Assembly (NCBI GenBank): GCA_031323845.1
Contig: JAVIYP010000003.1
Span: 11,007 to 75,006 of the forward strand
Reading direction: 5' to 3'
Length of the DNA: 64,000 nucleotides
Source: Bacteroidales bacterium
GTDB lineage: Bacteria > Bacteroidota > Bacteroidia > Bacteroidales > UBA7960
Shown: positions 31,074-39,581 of the stretch, piece by piece
Layout of the letters: each line of letters starts with the position of its first letter
Numbering within the stretch: the stretch's first letter is position 1
Position numbers and translations under genes: made by a program
Notes under the pieces: model-generated
Seen by the model: only the letters and a program-made list of their open reading frames with translations
The model's database searches: none
Told to the model about the DNA's origin: nothing

Positions 31074-32495
31074 ATGAAAAAAATATTGATTTTTTTTGCG
31101 TCCGCACTCTTGCTGGTCGCCTGTCAACTGCCTACTTCTTACCACCTCGTTCAGTTCAGCGGAGCACTGGAGAACCCGCCGCCGGAGGCACCGGAACTGG
31201 ATTTTTTCAGGGATTATCTGAACAACGACCGCAGCATTGTTGCGCTGGACCTTAATGCCAGGGGCGCTTTCGCCACTACCTTTGAAGTGCCCGGGCCGGT
31301 TATGGCCACGCTGACCATCGGCCGTTCCAGGCTACCGGTATATCTTGAACGGGGCTATACGCTGCATCTGAAAGGAGATGCCTCCAGCATCGATTCCAGC
31401 CTGGAGTTCACAGGCGAAGGCAGTGCCGAAAACAACTTTCTGACGGCTTACCGTCGCGAGATAGAATCTCAGATCACCGGCAGCCTTTTGCAAAATGCCG
31501 CCAGGGACCTCGACCCCTCCGGCTATAAGCTGTTTGCCGACAGCATTGCGGGGCTTAAGCTTGACTTTTTCCGCAATCACGTAGCCTATTCCTTGTCGGG
31601 TAAGGGTTTCAGGACGTTCTTTGAAACCGGTGTCCTTTATGAAAAGTATCAGATGCTGCTCAACTACCCCACGCTTCATCAGCGGTTGCATCCCTCCGGA
31701 GAGAAACCGGTGCTTCCCGCTGATTACTATGACTTTCTGAAACAAGCACTCCAACACGACGATCAACCGCTAAGCAATCTGGTATATACGAACTTCCTGC
31801 TTTCTTACCTAGATTATAAAAAAGAAGGATATGAAGGCGGTTTTGACCGCTTGTCGCGTCATGAGGCCAACTACCTGCTTGCGGGAAGGTATCTTTCGGG
31901 CCCTCCCAGGTATTACATACAAGCGCTCTCCGTCAGTCGTGAAATGCATTCGGGTAACCTCGGACTTGCCATGTCGCTTTACGAGGATTACATGGAGCAC
32001 AGTCCTGTGGCTGAGTACAGGCAAAGCCTGGCCGGTGCCCTGGATGTCATTACATCGCTTTGGGCCGGCAATCCTGCCCCAGGTTTTGTGATGACCGACA
32101 TCGAAGGCAACACGGTTTCCTTACATGATTTTTATGGGAAGGTGGTGTACCTGAAGTTCTGGGCAAGCTGGTGCGGCCCGTGCATGCGTCAGGTGCCACC
32201 TGCGGCTGAACTGAAGAAGCGCCTGGCGGATGAAGAAGACCTGGTCTTCCTTTATGTCTCAATTGACAGGGATGAGGAAGCGTGGCGCAGTGCGGTCGCA
32301 CGCCATGGCATAACAGGCGTGCATATGCGCACCCCCGGCAGGGAGCGCGGTGTACCGGCGCTGTATAATGTCCGCTGGATCCCCACCTTTTACCTCATCG
32401 GACGCGATGGCAATATATACGATCACCGGCCGCCTTATCCTGATAACCCCGAACTGGATGCCGTACTCAGATCGGCACTTCATCAGGACCCTTAA
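31074..32495 (+). CDS. TlpA-like thiol:disulfide oxidoreductase lipoprotein (tandem paralog)
   Basis: It has the lipoprotein signal MKKILIFFASALLLVAC and a C-terminal WASWCGPC thioredoxin domain. It aligns with the upstream gene along its full length. Confidence 0.8.
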   Translation: MKKILIFFASALLLVACQLPTSYHLVQFSGALENPPPEAPELDFFRDYLNNDRSIVALDLNARGAFATTFEVPGPVMATLTIGRSRLPVYLERGYTLHLKGDASSIDSSLEFTGEGSAENNFLTAYRREIESQITGSLLQNAARDLDPSGYKLFADSIAGLKLDFFRNHVAYSLSGKGFRTFFETGVLYEKYQMLLNYPTLHQRLHPSGEKPVLPADYYDFLKQALQHDDQPLSNLVYTNFLLSYLDYKKEGYEGGFDRLSRHEANYLLAGRYLSGPPRYYIQALSVSREMHSGNLGLAMSLYEDYMEHSPVAEYRQSLAGALDVITSLWAGNPAPGFVMTDIEGNTVSLHDFYGKVVYLKFWASWCGPCMRQVPPAAELKKRLADEEDLVFLYVSIDRDEEAWRSAVARHGITGVHMRTPGRERGVPALYNVRWIPTFYLIGRDGNIYDHRPPYPDNPELDAVLRSALHQDP

Positions 32496-32513
32496 CATGC
32501 TTTCTTAAGTAGG

Positions 32514-33641
32514 TTAAGCCAGCCTGAATCCTGTTTGTGAAATTGTTTTTAAGACAACAGAGCCGCAGCTGCCTGTTCTGACGGTATACGCCTGAAACTC
32601 CCTTCGTGGCGGGTACTCGTCGCGGAACAGCTCAAACCGCTCAGGATGTGCTTTTAACAATTCGCTGTCGTGATGGATGTCATAAGTGTGCAGGAACAGC
32701 CGCCGCATGATATGTGTCGGATCCTGGGAATTCGGGTCAGCATGGATCACAGGATTTTCGGGTTCGGGTAATGTTTCGGGAAACCACGTATCAAGGCCAA
32801 GTCCGAAAAACCGGCTTACCGCCCTAACCGCCATGGCCGTGCCCATTGCTTTTCCATCGGCGGAATAGCCTGCTATGTGCGGTGTGCCGATGGTTGCCGC
32901 CTGCAGCAACTCTATATCTATACCGGGCTCCGATTCCCAAACGTCGAGAACAGCACCACGAATTCGTTCCCGCAGCAATGCATCGGTCAATGCGCGCGTG
33001 TCAGCCACTTCGCCGCGTGCCGTGTTGATGAACCAGGCACCGCGTTTCATCCGGGAGAAAAAAGCTGCATCAGCCATGTGATGGCTTTTATCGGGACCTG
33101 TGTAATAGAGCGGCATGTGCATGCTGACCATGTCAGCCTTCGCGAGTAACGTCTCCAGGTCCACGAAACCCTGTTTCCCTTCCATCCGCTCCCGCGGCGG
33201 GTCGTTGATCAATACGCGCATCCCCAGGGCGGAGGCCAGACCGGCAACTTTTTTGCCTACATGTCCGGCACCGATGATCCCAAGAACATAATCGCCGAAG
33301 CTTTTTTGATCATGCTCAGCAATTAACGCCAGGGCCGAGGCAACATACTGCATCACCGAGCCTGCATTACATCCCGGCGCATTGCTCCAGCGAATGCCGG
33401 CCTTTTTGCAATATTCCGCATCAATGTGATCGTGGCCGATGGTGGCAGTGGCAATATATTTCACGCGGGTGCCGGCAAGCAATGCCTCATTACAGTGAGT
33501 CCGGGTACGGATGATCAGCGCATCGGCATCCATGATCGCCTCACGGGTAAGCTGAGCAGCAGGCAAATGCCTCACCTCTGCGAAAGGCTCAAGCACACCC
33601 CGCAAAAAAGGGATCTTACTGTCGGCAACAATCTTTGGCAT
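32514..33641 (-). CDS. pdxB: 4-phosphoerythronate dehydrogenase
   Basis: The N-terminus MPKIVADSKIPFLRGVLEPF aligns with the start of E. coli PdxB. It has the NAD-binding motif GIIGAGHVGKKV and a C-terminal dimerisation extension. I prefer the ATG at 33641 over the GTG at 33656. Confidence 0.85.
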   Translation of the reverse strand: MPKIVADSKIPFLRGVLEPFAEVRHLPAAQLTREAIMDADALIIRTRTHCNEALLAGTRVKYIATATIGHDHIDAEYCKKAGIRWSNAPGCNAGSVMQYVASALALIAEHDQKSFGDYVLGIIGAGHVGKKVAGLASALGMRVLINDPPRERMEGKQGFVDLETLLAKADMVSMHMPLYYTGPDKSHHMADAAFFSRMKRGAWFINTARGEVADTRALTDALLRERIRGAVLDVWESEPGIDIELLQAATIGTPHIAGYSADGKAMGTAMAVRAVSRFFGLGLDTWFPETLPEPENPVIHADPNSQDPTHIMRRLFLHTYDIHHDSELLKAHPERFELFRDEYPPRREFQAYTVRTGSCGSVVLKTISQTGFRLA

Positions 33642-33706
33642 GTACGCTTTTTTCACAAAACAAGAATTTAATCCTTAATGTTATAAGCGGTCTGTTTATA
33701 ACCCTG

Positions 33707-34417
33707 TCATTCCGCCTGCATGGCAAAATACCGTTCGATTTCCTCCAGGGAGTCGTTTGGCAGTTGCAGATCCCGGATTATCCTGCCTTTCTCCAGAAGG
33801 ATGATGCGGTTACACATCCCCGTGATGTGATTCAGGTTGTGACTGGAAATAAGCATGGTTGTTTTGCGGACCTCATTATCCTGCTGCAACATCCGCCTGA
33901 TCAATATCTGCGAACTGGGGTCAAGGTAATTGAAGGGTTCATCCAGGATCAGTAATCCAGGACGCGTGATCAGGGCGGCAACAATCCCTGTTTTTTGCTT
34001 GTTTCCTGACGACAGCTGGCGGATGTATTTTCTTTGACCAACGATCTCATCGGTTAAAAAGCGCTTGTAAGGGACCAGCGCTTCTTTGATTTCAGCTTCG
34101 GAGAATCCGTAAAGACCGCCGGTAAACGTAAAATACTCTTCCGGGGTCATGAAATCAATCAGGAAGCCTTCATCAAGATAGCTTCCGGTAAAGTCTTTCC
34201 ACCGAGCGTTTCCGGCAACTGCACCCTGGTTCACGTGAATGGTGCCGGCGTCGGCCTCGATCAGGTCAAGCATCAGCCTGAACATGGTGGTTTTCCCGGC
34301 ACCGTTGTTCCCGACAATTCCGCACAGCTGTCCCGGTTCAACATGCAGGCTGTCAATGTCGAGGGCAAGCTGATGTCCGTATTTTTTCTGCAGTCCGGAG
34401 ATGTTTATTTCGATCAC
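33707..34417 (-). CDS. ABC transporter ATP-binding protein
   Basis: It has Walker A GNNGAGKTT, signature LSSGNKQKTGIVAAL and Walker B LLILDEP. It uses a GTG start. Confidence 0.9.
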   Translation of the reverse strand: MIEINISGLQKKYGHQLALDIDSLHVEPGQLCGIVGNNGAGKTTMFRLMLDLIEADAGTIHVNQGAVAGNARWKDFTGSYLDEGFLIDFMTPEEYFTFTGGLYGFSEAEIKEALVPYKRFLTDEIVGQRKYIRQLSSGNKQKTGIVAALITRPGLLILDEPFNYLDPSSQILIRRMLQQDNEVRKTTMLISSHNLNHITGMCNRIILLEKGRIIRDLQLPNDSLEEIERYFAMQAE

Positions 34418-34471
34418 AATGAATGGGGTTTACGGGTTAAAGATCAGGTTAAGGTTATGCATAAACGTCAG

Positions 34472-35959
34472 TTATTTCTCCCGGTATTTGGCCAGCTGGC
34501 CGTATTTTTTTTTGTTGAACTTTTTTACCGCACCCCTTAACCAGACCGTGTGTGTTGCAATGCCAGCCAAACCTGTAACACCAATGATCAGGGATATGGC
34601 CGTTTCAAACCGCAATGGCAAAGCATAGGCAACCACCATGAGGGGAATATATGAAAGCATCACCAGTAAGATGAAAACAAACTGGGTGCCGCTGGTGCCC
34701 TCCATGTTGAAGTATGCTTTTTTGTCGGGATCAATCCGTGTACTGTAGCCGATACCGGCACGAAACAGTATGGCGAAAACCGGTCCTGTTACGTAAAACA
34801 TAAAAGCAACTAACGGTAATATCAGCTCAGGTCTGATAAAATACAGAAATGGGGTTATTATTATTGTTTGAAGGACCGCAAGTGTGAGATAAAAGTAATA
34901 TTTTGACCGGATCATGGCGTACAGGTCGATTTTCGTTGCTGCGATATAGTCAAAGAACCTGCTTTCCCACGAGTAAACAAATTGCAGGTGGAAGAAGCCG
35001 TATCCCCCTGCAAACATCAGGAAAAAGAACATATACGTTTGCAACAGGTCCTCCTTCGCGTAAAGCACAAAAAAGATGACAAAAACAATGCTGAGTGGCC
35101 ATTGCCTGAAGCCTTTTGCAGTGCGCTTGTTGCGGTTTAGGAGGCGCCACTCCAGCAACCAGTAATTGCCGTATGCAGGAATGCTTTGAAAAAAAGTTTC
35201 AATCCGGCTTTTGGTGGCCGTTTTGGAAGTACCGGAATGGGTATGAAAACGGTACATTGACCGGCCCAATTCCTGGGCGGTTAAACTTTGAAACATGCCG
35301 ATGATGACAGCAGCGGTCAGAAAAAACCACGGATTGCCCTGCATGAAGTTGCTGCCGACGTACAATGAGACGACAAACACGGAATCCCTGTAAAGAAGCA
35401 TGGCGGCTGCAAGTACCAAAACCGGTAGTATCAGAAGCGCCTTAAAGGTCAGGGAATTGTTGCTGCGGGTTTTTATAAGCATGATGAGGGTGTGGTTGAT
35501 GCTTCCCAAAAGAAAACAGCCTGCCAACAGCAGCCAGAACGCTTGTGGCTGACCTGTGATCAGCAGGGTACGGAAAAAAAACGGAAGCAGCAACGCAAAC
35601 AGGTAAAAATTATAGATGTTTAACCACGACCTGGCTAAGATGATTCGTATCAGCACTTGTCTTTTTACCGGCAGGTGAAGGTAGGGCTGAACCTGTTGCA
35701 TGGGCACTTTCTGCGTGAAAAAGCGTATCACAAAATCAGCTGCATAGATGAGCAACAGCAATGATAAAAAGGCATCCATCACCGCCAGATCCGGGAAGAT
35801 GATCCGGAGCCACCCCGGCAGCATCATTCCCAGTCCGAGCATGTAAAACATCGTTATGATGCCTAAAAAAGCAAGGAATGTTTTGGTGCCGAGGCTGCGT
35901 TCAAAGTGATGCGACCGGCGGAACCCGAGCCATATATGGTGCAACAGCGTTTGATACAT
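34472..35959 (-). CDS. Polytopic membrane protein, DUF5687-like putative permease partner of the ABC ATPase
   Basis: It has many TM segments and the N-terminus MYQTLLHHIWLGFRRS, as I recall for DUF5687. Its stop is 54 nt upstream of the ATPase gene start. I prefer the ATG at 35959 over the TTG at 35971. Confidence 0.5.
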   Translation of the reverse strand: MYQTLLHHIWLGFRRSHHFERSLGTKTFLAFLGIITMFYMLGLGMMLPGWLRIIFPDLAVMDAFLSLLLLIYAADFVIRFFTQKVPMQQVQPYLHLPVKRQVLIRIILARSWLNIYNFYLFALLLPFFFRTLLITGQPQAFWLLLAGCFLLGSINHTLIMLIKTRSNNSLTFKALLILPVLVLAAAMLLYRDSVFVVSLYVGSNFMQGNPWFFLTAAVIIGMFQSLTAQELGRSMYRFHTHSGTSKTATKSRIETFFQSIPAYGNYWLLEWRLLNRNKRTAKGFRQWPLSIVFVIFFVLYAKEDLLQTYMFFFLMFAGGYGFFHLQFVYSWESRFFDYIAATKIDLYAMIRSKYYFYLTLAVLQTIIITPFLYFIRPELILPLVAFMFYVTGPVFAILFRAGIGYSTRIDPDKKAYFNMEGTSGTQFVFILLVMLSYIPLMVVAYALPLRFETAISLIIGVTGLAGIATHTVWLRGAVKKFNKKKYGQLAKYREK

Positions 35960-36135
35960 TATAATGGTCAATGAGATGGTGCAAGTTTACACATTTTTTT
36001 CTCAATCATAACTGTTGATTTGCTTAGCGGTTCAATCTTTGGATTTATTGACGAAAAAGCAGGTGTTTAATATGTTTACGGAAAAATAAAACAAAATGTA
36101 GTATTACGGTGTTGTCTTGATGACAGTTGTTTTGT

Positions 36136-36143
36136 TATCTTTG
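36136..36143 (+). promoter_or_regulatory. -7 promoter box TATCTTTG upstream of queD
   Basis: It matches TAnnTTTG exactly and lies 26 nt before the ATG at 36170. Confidence 0.5.
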
Positions 36144-36169
36144 TTTTTCAGTAACATAAATGATTTATA

Positions 36170-36583
36170 ATGCACATTACCCGGAGAGAAACCTTTAACG
36201 CTGCGCATCGCTTGTTCCGGTCCGAATGGAGTGACGAGAAGAACCTTGAGGTATTTGGCAAATGCTCCAATCCGAACTGGCACGGGCACAACTATACCTT
36301 ATATGTAACCGTAAAGGGCAGTGTGAGCGAGGAGACCGGTTTTGTGCTGAACCTGAAAACTTTAAGCAAGATCATTGATAATTTTGTATTACAGAAGCTT
36401 GATCACAAAAACATCAACACTGAAGTGGATTTCATGCACGGAAAGCTTGCCTCCACCGAAAACCTTGCCAAAGGGATCTGGGAACAGCTGGAGCAACCCG
36501 TCAGAGACCTTGGTGCACGGTTGTACAAAATCAAGCTTGAGGAAACGGAGAAAAATCATGTTGAATATTATGGCCAAGAATAA
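36170..36583 (+). CDS. queD: 6-carboxy-5,6,7,8-tetrahydropterin synthase / 6-pyruvoyl-tetrahydropterin synthase
   Basis: The FNAAHRL and CSNPNWHGHNY motifs provide the Zn-binding His residues and the catalytic Cys. Length is 137 aa. Confidence 0.9.
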   Translation: MHITRRETFNAAHRLFRSEWSDEKNLEVFGKCSNPNWHGHNYTLYVTVKGSVSEETGFVLNLKTLSKIIDNFVLQKLDHKNINTEVDFMHGKLASTENLAKGIWEQLEQPVRDLGARLYKIKLEETEKNHVEYYGQE

Positions 36584-36625
36584 TGGTTCACAAACAAAAA
36601 AAGTAAACACCTAAACTTTCACATC

Positions 36626-37267
36626 ATGTCATCAGAGATCAACCGCGATATGGTCATTGAGAATAAAATGGACGATTACGAAAAAATCGACCAGTACAAT
36701 CCGAAAAAAATTCAGGAGCTTTCATCACACTACAAGGAAATTCTCAAGCTTGTAGGGGAGGATCCGGATCGCGAAGGTCTGGAAAAGACACCGGAGCGTG
36801 TAGCCAAGGCCATGCAGTTCCTGACACACGGCTACGACCTTGACGGTTCGGAAATTCTGAAGTCGGCCATGTTCAGGGAAGATTACAAACAAATGGTCAT
36901 TGTCAAGGATATCGAGATCTACTCGATGTGCGAACATCATATGCTTCCTTTTGTGGGCAAAGCCCATGTTGCCTACATCCCAAACAAATACATTGTAGGT
37001 TTGAGCAAAATACCGAGGGTCGTTGATGCCTATGCCCGCCGGCTGCAGGTTCAGGAACGCCTTACCACACAGATTAAGGACTGCATCCAGGACACTCTGA
37101 AACCCCTGGGTGTTGCAGTGGTCATTGAGGCGCACCACTACTGCATGATGATGCGCGGGATACAAAAACAAAACTCGGTTACCACCACGAGCGATTTCAC
37201 AGGGGCCTTTCTTACCGATAAAACCAGGGCCGAATTCATCCATCTCATCGGGTCGAACCTTCACTAA
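36626..37267 (+). CDS. folE: GTP cyclohydrolase I
   Basis: The [10 protein letters not shown] and [13 protein letters not shown] motifs are diagnostic for FolE type 1. Confidence 0.95.
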   Translation: MSSEINRDMVIENKMDDYEKIDQYNPKKIQELSSHYKEILKLVGEDPDREGLEKTPERVAKAMQFLTHGYDLDGSEILKSAMFREDYKQMVIVKDIEIYSMCEHHMLPFVGKAHVAYIPNKYIVGLSKIPRVVDAYARRLQVQERLTTQIKDCIQDTLKPLGVAVVIEAHHYCMMMRGIQKQNSVTTTSDFTGAFLTDKTRAEFIHLIGSNLH

Positions 37268-37473
37268 GGGCCTAAAGAAGAGGCTTTTGGGGCGTAAAAG
37301 CACCCGGTTGGACATCCCAACAGAGAAACAGTTTAATGTATTTCGCCTTCACACCTGTTCCGCTTTCGCGGGAAGCTTGGGCAAGGCTGAACTCCGGCTT
37401 CTGACTGTGGCATCAGGCATGTCAGCATAGCGGTTCCCGTTTTGTCATCAGGACAAAGGCACCGCCTGTCTTG

Positions 37474-37540
37474 CTCTATGTTTTTCATTTGTCTGTGTGT
37501 GCTTTCGAATGAATAAATTTCATGTACATTTGCAGGGAAA
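37474..37540 (+). promoter_or_regulatory. Conserved ~65-nt promoter module with a -7 box TACATTTG (37525-37532) upstream of fabD
   Basis: CTCTATGTTTTTCATTTGTCTGTGTGTGCTTTCGAATGAATAAATTTCATGTACATTTGCAGGGAAA aligns without gaps over the first ~44 nt, and with a 1-nt gap thereafter, to 2664-2730. The -7 box lies 37 nt before the ATG at 37570. Confidence 0.55.
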
Positions 37541-37569
37541 ATTGTTAACATAAGTAAACCACAGTTATT

Positions 37570-38445
37570 ATGAAAGCATATGTATTTCCCGGTCAGGGCG
37601 CGCAGTTTGTCGGTATGGGTAAAAACCTTTATGAAGACAATGCCGGGGCAAAAGAGATGTTTGAGAAGGCCAATGAAATCCTGGGTTTCCGGATCACCGA
37701 CCTGATGTTTGGTGGCACTGACGAGGATTTGCGGCAAACCAACGTTACCCAGCCAGCCATTTTCCTTCATTCGGTTATTCTGGCTCACACCCTTGGGGCT
37801 GATTTTCAGCCGGATATGGTTGCAGGCCACAGTCTGGGAGAGTTTTCTGCCCTGGTGGCTGCAAAGGCTTTATCGTTTGAAGATGGCCTGGTGCTTGTGT
37901 CAAAAAGGGCAGGAGCGATGCAGAAAGCCTGCGAAGTGAAGCCCTCTACCATGGCAGCCATCATCGGACTGGAAGATAAGGTGGTGGAGCAGGTTTGTGC
38001 CGGTATCTTTGATGTGGTTGTTCCTGCGAATTATAACAGTCCGGGCCAGTTGGTAATATCCGGCACCATACAGGGTGTGGACGTTGCCTGCGAAAAGTTA
38101 AAGGAAGCTGGTGCCAAACGCGCTCTTCCGCTGAAGGTGGGAGGGGCCTTTCATTCACCTCTCATGGAACCCGCCCGGCTGGAACTTGCCAAAGCCATCA
38201 ACGAAACCGCATTTAACGTACCCGTTTGTCCGGTATACCAGAATGTGGATGCTCAACCTTATACAGACCCTGAAAAGATCAAGGAAAACCTCATCGCTCA
38301 GCTCACAAATCCCGTCCGCTGGACACAAATCTCTGAAAATATGATCCGTGACGGGGCGAAGGTGTTTGTTGAAGTGGGCCCGGGTAAGGTGTTGCAGGGT
38401 CTGGTCAAAAAGGTAAACCACGAGGTTGACGCTTACAGCGCTTAG
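37570..38445 (+). CDS. fabD: Malonyl-CoA:ACP transacylase
   Basis: It has the active-site motif GHSLGEFSA, the N-terminus FPGQGAQFVGMG and a length of 291 aa. Confidence 0.95.
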   Translation: MKAYVFPGQGAQFVGMGKNLYEDNAGAKEMFEKANEILGFRITDLMFGGTDEDLRQTNVTQPAIFLHSVILAHTLGADFQPDMVAGHSLGEFSALVAAKALSFEDGLVLVSKRAGAMQKACEVKPSTMAAIIGLEDKVVEQVCAGIFDVVVPANYNSPGQLVISGTIQGVDVACEKLKEAGAKRALPLKVGGAFHSPLMEPARLELAKAINETAFNVPVCPVYQNVDAQPYTDPEKIKENLIAQLTNPVRWTQISENMIRDGAKVFVEVGPGKVLQGLVKKVNHEVDAYSA

Positions 38446-38517
38446 CAGATGTGCAGATGCGCAGATGTGCAAATGTGAAGATGTGCAGGTGTGAAGATGT
38501 GAAGCTGTAAGGATGCT
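38445..38517 (+). repeat. GCAGATGT-type 8-nt tandem array, 9 units
   Basis: The units are GCAGATGT GCAGATGC GCAGATGT GCAAATGT GAAGATGT GCAGGTGT GAAGATGT GAAGCTGT AAGGATGC. The first G is the last base of the fabD TAG stop. Confidence 0.9.
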
Positions 38518-38536
38518 GAAATAAAACACAGAGCGG

Positions 38537-39499
38537 ATGGCTGTCACTTATATATTGTTTGTGCTTGGTTTCATCCTTTTGGTGTATGGTGCCAATTGGC
38601 TGGTTGATGGAGCGGCATCCATAGCCCGCAGATATCAGATTTCGCACGTGGTGATCGGCCTGACCATCGTCGCACTGGGCACTTCAGCACCGGAACTTGT
38701 CGTAAACCTCATAGCCAGTTATCAGGGTACTGCCGATGTAGCTCTTGGCAATATTCTCGGAAGCAACATCTCCAATATCTTTTTGATCCTGGGCATTTCT
38801 GCCCTGGTGTTTCCCCTAGCAGTCAACAGAAATACGCTCTGGAAAGAAATCCCCTTTGCCCTTGGCGGTGCCGTGCTCTTTGGCCTTTTGGCCAATAATC
38901 TGATCTTTGCATCCTGGAGCGACCCTCGAATAGCACGTGTTGATGGCCTGGTGCTGATCCTGTTCTTTCTCTTGTTTATGGTGTATACGTTTTCCATTGC
39001 CAGAATAAAGGGCCGCAGTATCCACGCGGAGTATCAGGTGAAAGAGTATCCGGTAATGCTGTCCATGCTAATGATTGCGGGAGGAATGATCACGCTTGTC
39101 CTTGGCGGTCGCTGGATTGTCAGCGGTGCTGTGTCCATTGCTGCCGGCCTGGGCATGAGCGAAGCCGTGATCAGCCTGACGATCGTTGCCATCGGCACCT
39201 CGCTGCCGGAACTTGCAACCTGTGTTGCCGCCGCCATGAAAAGGAATGCCGATATTGTGATCGGCAATATTCTGGGATCCAATATCTTCAATATATTCTT
39301 TGTGATGGGGACCAGTGCCCTGGTCAGGCCCCTGGCCTTTAACCAGGTCATGAATTTTGACGTGCTGGTGGGAGTATTTTCCGTGTTATTGCTGTGGATC
39401 TTCCTGGTAATATCCCGGAGAAACACACTGACCCGCTGGCAGGGTGGTCTTTTCCTGGTGCTTTATGTGGCGTATATTGTTTTTTTGATAACAGGGTGA
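38537..39499 (+). CDS. Ca2+/Na+ antiporter (CaCA family, YrbG-like)
   Basis: It has two alpha-repeat motifs, GNILGSNISNIF and GNILGSNIFNIF, preceded by GTSAPEL and GTSLPEL, and about 10 TM helices. Confidence 0.9.
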   Translation: MAVTYILFVLGFILLVYGANWLVDGAASIARRYQISHVVIGLTIVALGTSAPELVVNLIASYQGTADVALGNILGSNISNIFLILGISALVFPLAVNRNTLWKEIPFALGGAVLFGLLANNLIFASWSDPRIARVDGLVLILFFLLFMVYTFSIARIKGRSIHAEYQVKEYPVMLSMLMIAGGMITLVLGGRWIVSGAVSIAAGLGMSEAVISLTIVAIGTSLPELATCVAAAMKRNADIVIGNILGSNIFNIFFVMGTSALVRPLAFNQVMNFDVLVGVFSVLLLWIFLVISRRNTLTRWQGGLFLVLYVAYIVFLITG

Positions 39500-39581
39500 A
39501 ACAATGAACACGAGTGCACCCTTAATGCCAACAAGCTTAACTTCCGATTTCTAAATTCCACCCTCTGGCTGTACACTGTTG

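Noticed and set aside
37333-37830. A 165-aa minus-strand ORF spanning the fabD upstream region and the 5' end of fabD.
   Set aside because: It is antisense to fabD and to the promoter module and has no motifs.
38155-38647. Two minus-strand ORFs (130 and 80 aa) with periodic SHLHICTSA-like peptides.
   Set aside because: The periodicity comes from reading three 8-nt GCAGATGT units per 8 codons. The ORFs overlap the 3' end of fabD and the antiporter start.
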